Assembly: GCA_964036045.1 (NCBI GenBank)
Contig: OZ038378.1
Coordinates: 142,910,001 to 142,974,000 of the forward strand
Direction of reading: 5' to 3'
DNA: 64,000 nucleotides
Source: Eutreptiella sp. 'Long Island Sound 2002'
Taxonomy: Eukaryota > Protista > Euglenida
The notes under the pieces were generated by a model. The model was not told the DNA's origin. It saw nothing but the letters and a program-made list of their open reading frames with translations, and made no database searches. Position 1 is the first letter of the stretch; every line of letters starts with the position of its first letter. The position numbers and the translations under genes are program-made. This document shows, in pieces, positions 59,301 through 64,000 of this stretch.

Positions 59301-61685
59301 AACCGCCATACTGTAGACACCCACGGTGTTCCGGTGCACCTGGCTAACTGAATGGCACGCACCACACTATCAGCAGAGCCTTGCAGCAACTGGCAACGCT
59401 GTCTGCTTGGCCTTGTCCGCTGGCCTTTGAACTCGGGCCGCATGCGCACGGATGCCCACCGAAGTGACCCTGGGTCATGGCTTTGCCACCGAGAACGCCA
59501 ATGCCGCGACCCGGGCCTCTCTCCGGAGGTGGTTGGCCGTCATGATGTCCCCCGGCCGCGCCACCGCTTTAGGCTGCCCCATTGCGCTTTGTGGGCACAT
59601 CGTTCGGGATCCACCATCTCTACTCGAGACCTAGTGTCTAGACTTGGCATGTCGGGTTTTCACTTCCGGGGGGGGGGGGGGGTCAATAGAGCCCCCAAAA
59701 ACTGGGGGGGGGGGGGTTGGGAAAAGGGCTCAATTGACAGACACCATTCCCACTAAAGAAAAGGTTAGGATCCACGGGGGCAATTTTGATGCCTCCCCCG
59801 TGTGGGGCCTTTTGACTCCGTGCGGGACGTCTCCCATCGCTGTATATGGCAGTCCCTTCTCGTCCTCCCACTCCTGCACCGTCCGAACCCTCAGTCCCAG
59901 TCGCCGTCAAGATGGACAAATTGGGGAAAAGCAGGCATTTGCCAGTCCCCGACCGCGCAGCCCTGCGGCAGTGCGCCCTTGAGGGATTCTGACCAGCGGC
60001 GCCCATTGACCCCCCGGGTGCACACACAAATGCGTGCACAATGCCATCCGCATGCCCTTCCCATTGTGCGCCTGAAGCAACACAAACCCATCCCCCGCTC
60101 ACACCTTTGTCTGGTGTCGTGCCGCCTTCTCCGCGGCGGAGACAAATCTGCAGAGCAACGTACCACTGCGTGAGACATGCCGGCTCCCGCAGCAGCAATG
60201 TGCCACCGGTCATTCGGTCATCAGCGCTCCACAGATGTTGATCTGCCCTCACGCATTACACCGGCATCCGCACCCCCCCGTCGCTCGTGTGCAGGCGGCC
60301 GCCCAGGCCCTCCGCGGGGTCTGGGAGGACCGGCAAAGGCCCCCGGACCTCTCCATCGAACTGCGCGGCCCCAGCCCCCCGGCGCCCTCGCTCCGCGTCC
60401 CCGCGGCCGTGTGGCACGCCCACGTCCTGCCCTTCCTCCCGGTGCCCCACTTGACCCGCGTCGGGGCCGCCTGCCGCCTCTTCCAGTGCCTCTGCCAAGA
60501 GCACGACGCCTTCTTGGCCTGGCGCCTGCGCACCATCGCCGGGCGGCAGCGCCTCACGCGCCGCCGGCTCCGGCAGTACGCCGCCCACGCCCTGGAGCCC
60601 CGCCGCCGCAGCTGCGTCCTCTACCGCCAGCAGCTCATCGCGGAGATCGAGATGATTCTGAAGGACTTTGCCAGAGGTCAGCTTTCTCCCCCTCGCCCCC
60701 TCTCTCTCCCCCCCTCTCTCCATCCCTCCCGATGGCCGGCTCATATGCAGTCGTCCGGAGCGCCCTCCCCGAGATTCCTGTGAGCCTTCAGATTGGCCCC
60801 CAAATCCTAATCCATCCCTCCCCGCCTCCCTCCTGTCATCCCCCCGCAGGCGCTCCGAAGCCCTCCGCCCTGTGTGGGTGTGCACAGGTGTGGGGAAATC
60901 CCATTCCCCCATCCCCGCTCTCACCCCGCCTCCCTCCCCCTCCATTCCCCCTTCCCCCTCCATTCCTCGCCCCCTCATCCCCCCCCCCCCTCCTCCTCCC
61001 TCCCTCCCTCCCCTCCCCCCTCCATTCCTCCCCCCCCCCCCCTCATCCCCCTCCTTCCCCTCACGCCTCCCCCCCTCCCCCTCCCACAGAGTACCACCGC
61101 ATGGCCCACCGCAAGTCCATCCACATGACCGGCACGGCCACGCTGCTGCTCCTGTTCTGCCTGCGCTTCCGCGCCGGGTGGGTCGCGGAGGGCGTCATGT
61201 GGCTGCAGACGACGGCGCTGGTGTGGGCCCTCCTGGCGCTCCTCCTGGCGGACATGCGCCCCCCGGACCTCCGCCTCGCCGCCGTGACCGCGGACGTGCT
61301 CTTCCTGCCGGTCCCCTTCGGCGCCCTCTGGGCCTGCGGGGCCCTCCCCTTCTGCAACTGCCTGGCGCTGCTGGCGGCCGCGGGCCTCCTCTGCGCCAAG
61401 GCCTGGCAGCGGCAGCAGAGCGTCGCGCCCCGAGCGCTCCACGCCCTCCTGACCCAAGCCCTGGCCCCAGTGCTGCCCTACCCCCGGGACCTGCGGGGGC
61501 TGCTGCGCCGGCTGGACCCGGCCCGCCCCCTGCCCCTCCCGGGCCTGAGGGCCTCCGCGCTGCTGCGGGGCGTGCGGGACTGCGGGGCCGGTCTGGGCGG
61601 GTGCTTTGCGGACGCGTGGGACGGCGTCGTGGTCGTGGTGCTGGTGGGGCTGGGGCTTGCGGGGCTGGCCCGCCCGTGGCCTTGA
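50381..61685 (+). CDS. 5'-partial host gene with TPR repeats, TM helix, F-box and multi-TM C-terminus. Exons 50381-50544, 51477-51687, 55731-55784, 58018-58302, 60295-60676, 61090-61685 (563 aa plus stop)
   Basis: All junctions are GT-AG with compatible phases (2,0,0,0,1); total 1692 nt in frame. TPR-like: EAFELNPNNTHTLLALARLH and CHYHIGKAHY...AYRSFTDALAFD. F-box: LRVPAAVWHAHVLPFLPVPHLTRVGAACRLF. Confidence 0.8.
50908..51200. mobile_element. Putative intronic MITE
   Basis: 17-bp inverted ends CCCGAGATGACGGAATG / CATTTCGTCATCGCGGG (2 mismatches), flanked by poly-G runs. No clear TSD. Confidence 0.35.
51737..51900. repeat. Probable intronic interspersed-repeat copy (GATGCATTGGAAGG...CCAACCGCC)
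   Basis: Shares GTAACCGCCC..CAACCGCT with the repeats at 55074 and 55975. Family status is inferred. Confidence 0.45.
52205..52345. repeat. Degenerate (CCAACCG/CCACCAA)n short-period tract
   Basis: accaactgccaaccgccacc... iterated ~7-10-bp units. Confidence 0.75.
53030..53135. repeat. Dispersed repeat, paralog at ~58580-58680, likely a DNA-transposon end
   Basis: TAGGGGG.GC..TAAG...GTGCA.CTATTTGGG.GTCTGGC.GTA.TAGA.ACC.ATA.TTTG..GGGCATCAT is shared by both sites. Confidence 0.6.
55074..56052. repeat. Two ~78-bp near-identical copies (55074-55150 and 55975-56052) flanking the 54-bp exon
   Basis: CCGCATTTCCAACCGCCAGTAACCGCCCAACCCCCAACCGCTTTCACA.CCCCTGTGACCGCTCTACAACCGCTCTGGA appears at both sites. 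Confidence 0.9.
57720..57915. repeat. Pentamer microsatellite (CATGA/CATGG, then CATCG/CATCA, then CACAG)
   Basis: Continuous 5-bp period with a changing consensus. Confidence 0.9.
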
Positions 61686-61950
61686 CGGGCGCGGCGGCGT
61701 TGGGCCGGGCTCGGGACGCGCACGCCCCCCCCCCCCCCCCGGGCGCATCCCGCAGGGCAGTGCGACGGCTGCTGGTGTCCGGTGCAGAGGGGGCGGGCCC
61801 CGAGGGTTGCGCATATCCCCCCGCCCCCTTGGCTCGGCAGCTGGGGGTTTGCGCCGTTTGGGGCGCGGCGTTGGTGCCGCATGGCTGTACATGGTGACTC
61901 CAATTCCGATCGCGATGGCTGAAATTCCCACCGGGATGCCCCCCCACGCT

Positions 61951-62030
61951 GACCTAAATTATCACCAGGATGACCTAAATTCCTACCAGGATGACCTAAA
62001 TTCCTACCAGGATGACCTAAATTCCTACCA
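61951..62030 (+). repeat. 21-bp tandem repeat, ~3.8 copies
   Basis: GACCTAAATTCCTACCAGGAT at 61951 (variant), 61972, 61993 and 62014 (partial). Confidence 0.95.
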
Positions 62031-64000
62031 CTCAGTACCAGCGTATCATGCTGTATTGTGAGTCATATTTTTTCTCTCGGTGCAAAGTAGAATTCAAATT
62101 CAAATTATTCGTAATTAGCCCCTGCCCAGATCACACCTCCGCTGCCGGGCCGTCACTGCCAGCGGCGTGCATGCCCCCGGTAGGCACTGGCAAGCAAGGT
62201 ATCCCGACATTGCTTATATGGGGCAACACAACTGAGTTGTCGCACATTTCTCATATCAAATTGATTATATGGTCCGAAAGTAGCTTGTGATGGTTGGTGG
62301 GCGTGAATTCTTAACTTCCCATGCCCTCCCTCTACAAATGATCAAAAGGACCATATCTGACAGGGTTTTCAGTGCTCCACTCTCACATCAGCCCACCCAC
62401 CCTACATAAACAAGAGAAGGCGAAAGCCGACATCTTGAGAGATTGAAGAGAGCCCCCCCCCCCCCCCGCCTTTTGATTGCCCCATGAGCATTGCTCCCGT
62501 GACCACACATAGTGCCGCGCTTTGTGAAGTGCCCTTGTCAGATAGTTTTTTGGCGCAGGTACTAGTTGCTACCGTTGTTGAATCGTACAAAGTGCAAAGC
62601 AATCTGCACGAGATGGTGCCCATGGTTTACTACTATTTTCGCTGCCTAACAAACTAGCCTTAGTTTTGCCAAGGATGATGAGTTTCTTAAAATAGCATGT
62701 GCGGATTGAAGGGCACCCGCCTAAGGTGCATGCGCCGTGCTGAGAGCCTCCGCTGCCCCACGAATCCCCACCGTGTCTTTGCTCCATCGCGTGTTGCCAT
62801 ATGTACGCCCCCGACATCTCTAGGTATCTACGGGGGATAAATGCTACTCGTACCGGCAACCCCTTAAGCGATTTTGGGGTGGCATAATTCTGCGCTATTA
62901 CCCTTGGGCACACCTCTTGTACGCCACGTGGGTGGACCGGCCGACGGTACCCCGTACCCTGCCTTTGCTTCAGAATTTGTTTGGAGGTCGTCGGGTCCCT
63001 CTTCTCTAGAGGATGCATGACCAATGTCGGGAGGGAGGGGGGGGTGAAGAAATTTGGCACATTACTGCAATATTTCGACCACCGCAAAAAGGAATGTGGG
63101 ATCTCACTGAAGGAAGAAAACGGCACACGAATGCCCATCGGCCCGTCCGAAACGACAGGAACGGAGGGAAGGGTCTCAGGTGGCATGGGTCGGTGTCTCA
63201 AGGCTAGGATGTAATGCCAACGAGGTCGTACACGGATGCCATGTCAACGGGAGGCACCTCCATTGGCCTTGCACAACATCCCATCACAACAATCACCCCA
63301 TCAACAATCACTTGCCTCTCATCTTCCGAAATATCCGGGGAGTCCGGCTACAAAATCCCAAGGACTGATTTGTGTGGTTGATACATTGTGGTGCTCCTCA
63401 TCGCGCTACACGCTGGAAAAGCTCCGTATTTCATCAAAAGCTAATCAGTAGCTTTCCCGGGTTCCAATAGATATTCTTCACTGACATATCGTTGACCATT
63501 CCAAATTGTGGAAGCGGCAGGAGATGTTGCGCAATAGGACATGGGTGACAGTCAATCACGTTCCCACACCTATTAGTGGGGCAACCAGGAAGGATCCTAT
63601 TGGGTGCCAGTGCCTCAAAACTTCCTCGATTGCTTGTCCTTGAACAATGCCTATCTAGAGCTCCTGTTGTCCCGTTGTCTCCGAAGCCTCATCAACGTTC
63701 CAAGATGAGACACCAAGACATTGTAGATGCTGCCATAGACATCGCACCCTTGGTCCAAAAGATCCAAAATGGAGCACCAAATGAGCACTACACATGCACA
63801 TTGATGTAAGGGGAGCACGGCCAAGGTGACCAAGCTCACAACGTCGCCTCCCTTTCAACACCACTTGTTAGAACTTGGGATAAGGGTTCCCAAACTTGAA
63901 CTATTCAAAGCATCGTAAAGTAACACATCTCTTCACGATATACCAGGCCATCAACAACACTATGGACTGCACAACCTTTTGTATGCACCAACGGTGAGCA

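Noticed and set aside
58850-60240. Possible third LINE fragment, including a repeated CGCTC.ACAGAT...GATCTGCCCTCACG at ~59176 and ~60226
   Set aside because: Too decayed to assign. No RT or endonuclease motif could be read.
60177-61685. 502-aa single ORF
   Set aside because: The 5' part is an off-frame reading of the F-box exon plus a poly-C intron. Only 61090-61685 is the supported exon.
62569-63201. 210-aa minus-strand ORF as a retroelement fragment
   Set aside because: Only vague resemblance (RVAFIPRRY) and no diagnostic motif, so it is left unassigned.
1-64000. Prokaryotic or prophage origin of the window; rRNA, tRNA or spliced-leader RNA genes
   Set aside because: Spliceosomal introns, LINEs and low coding density indicate a eukaryote. 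No structural RNA signature was recognised by eye, and a covariance-model scan was not run.

Overview
Eukaryotic, transposon-dense window with no rRNA, tRNA or CRISPR array seen. Long poly-G/C tracts, GT-AG introns and a gag-YR-RT retroelement suggest a euglenozoan, possibly euglenid, host (inference). From left to right it contains: (1) a 3'-truncated VIPER/TATE-like tyrosine-recombinase retrotransposon (~0.5-4.25 kb), whose gag and YR ORFs share a frame and are separated by a single TGA-CGG; (2) a decayed XerC/D-like integrase gene (4.26-5.49 kb); (3) four tandem copies of a ~2.35-kb unit (6826-16207) carrying a broken chromodomain and a Pro-rich ORF; (4) remnants of MULE-like, KDZ/Zisupton and Ty3/gypsy elements, plus a 138-bp foldback MITE with an 8-bp TSD; (5) an intact 579-aa orphan ORF with two tandem peptide-repeat blocks and a coiled coil; (6) two minus-strand non-LTR retrotransposons (APE-RT-RNase H), the first preceded by an intact AlkB-family dioxygenase ORF coupled to ORF2 by an ATGA overlap, the second with very divergent RT motifs; (7) the 3' six exons of a plus-strand host gene with TPR, transmembrane, F-box and multi-TM segments. 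All domain calls come from motifs read by eye and need HMM confirmation; boundaries of decayed elements are approximate.
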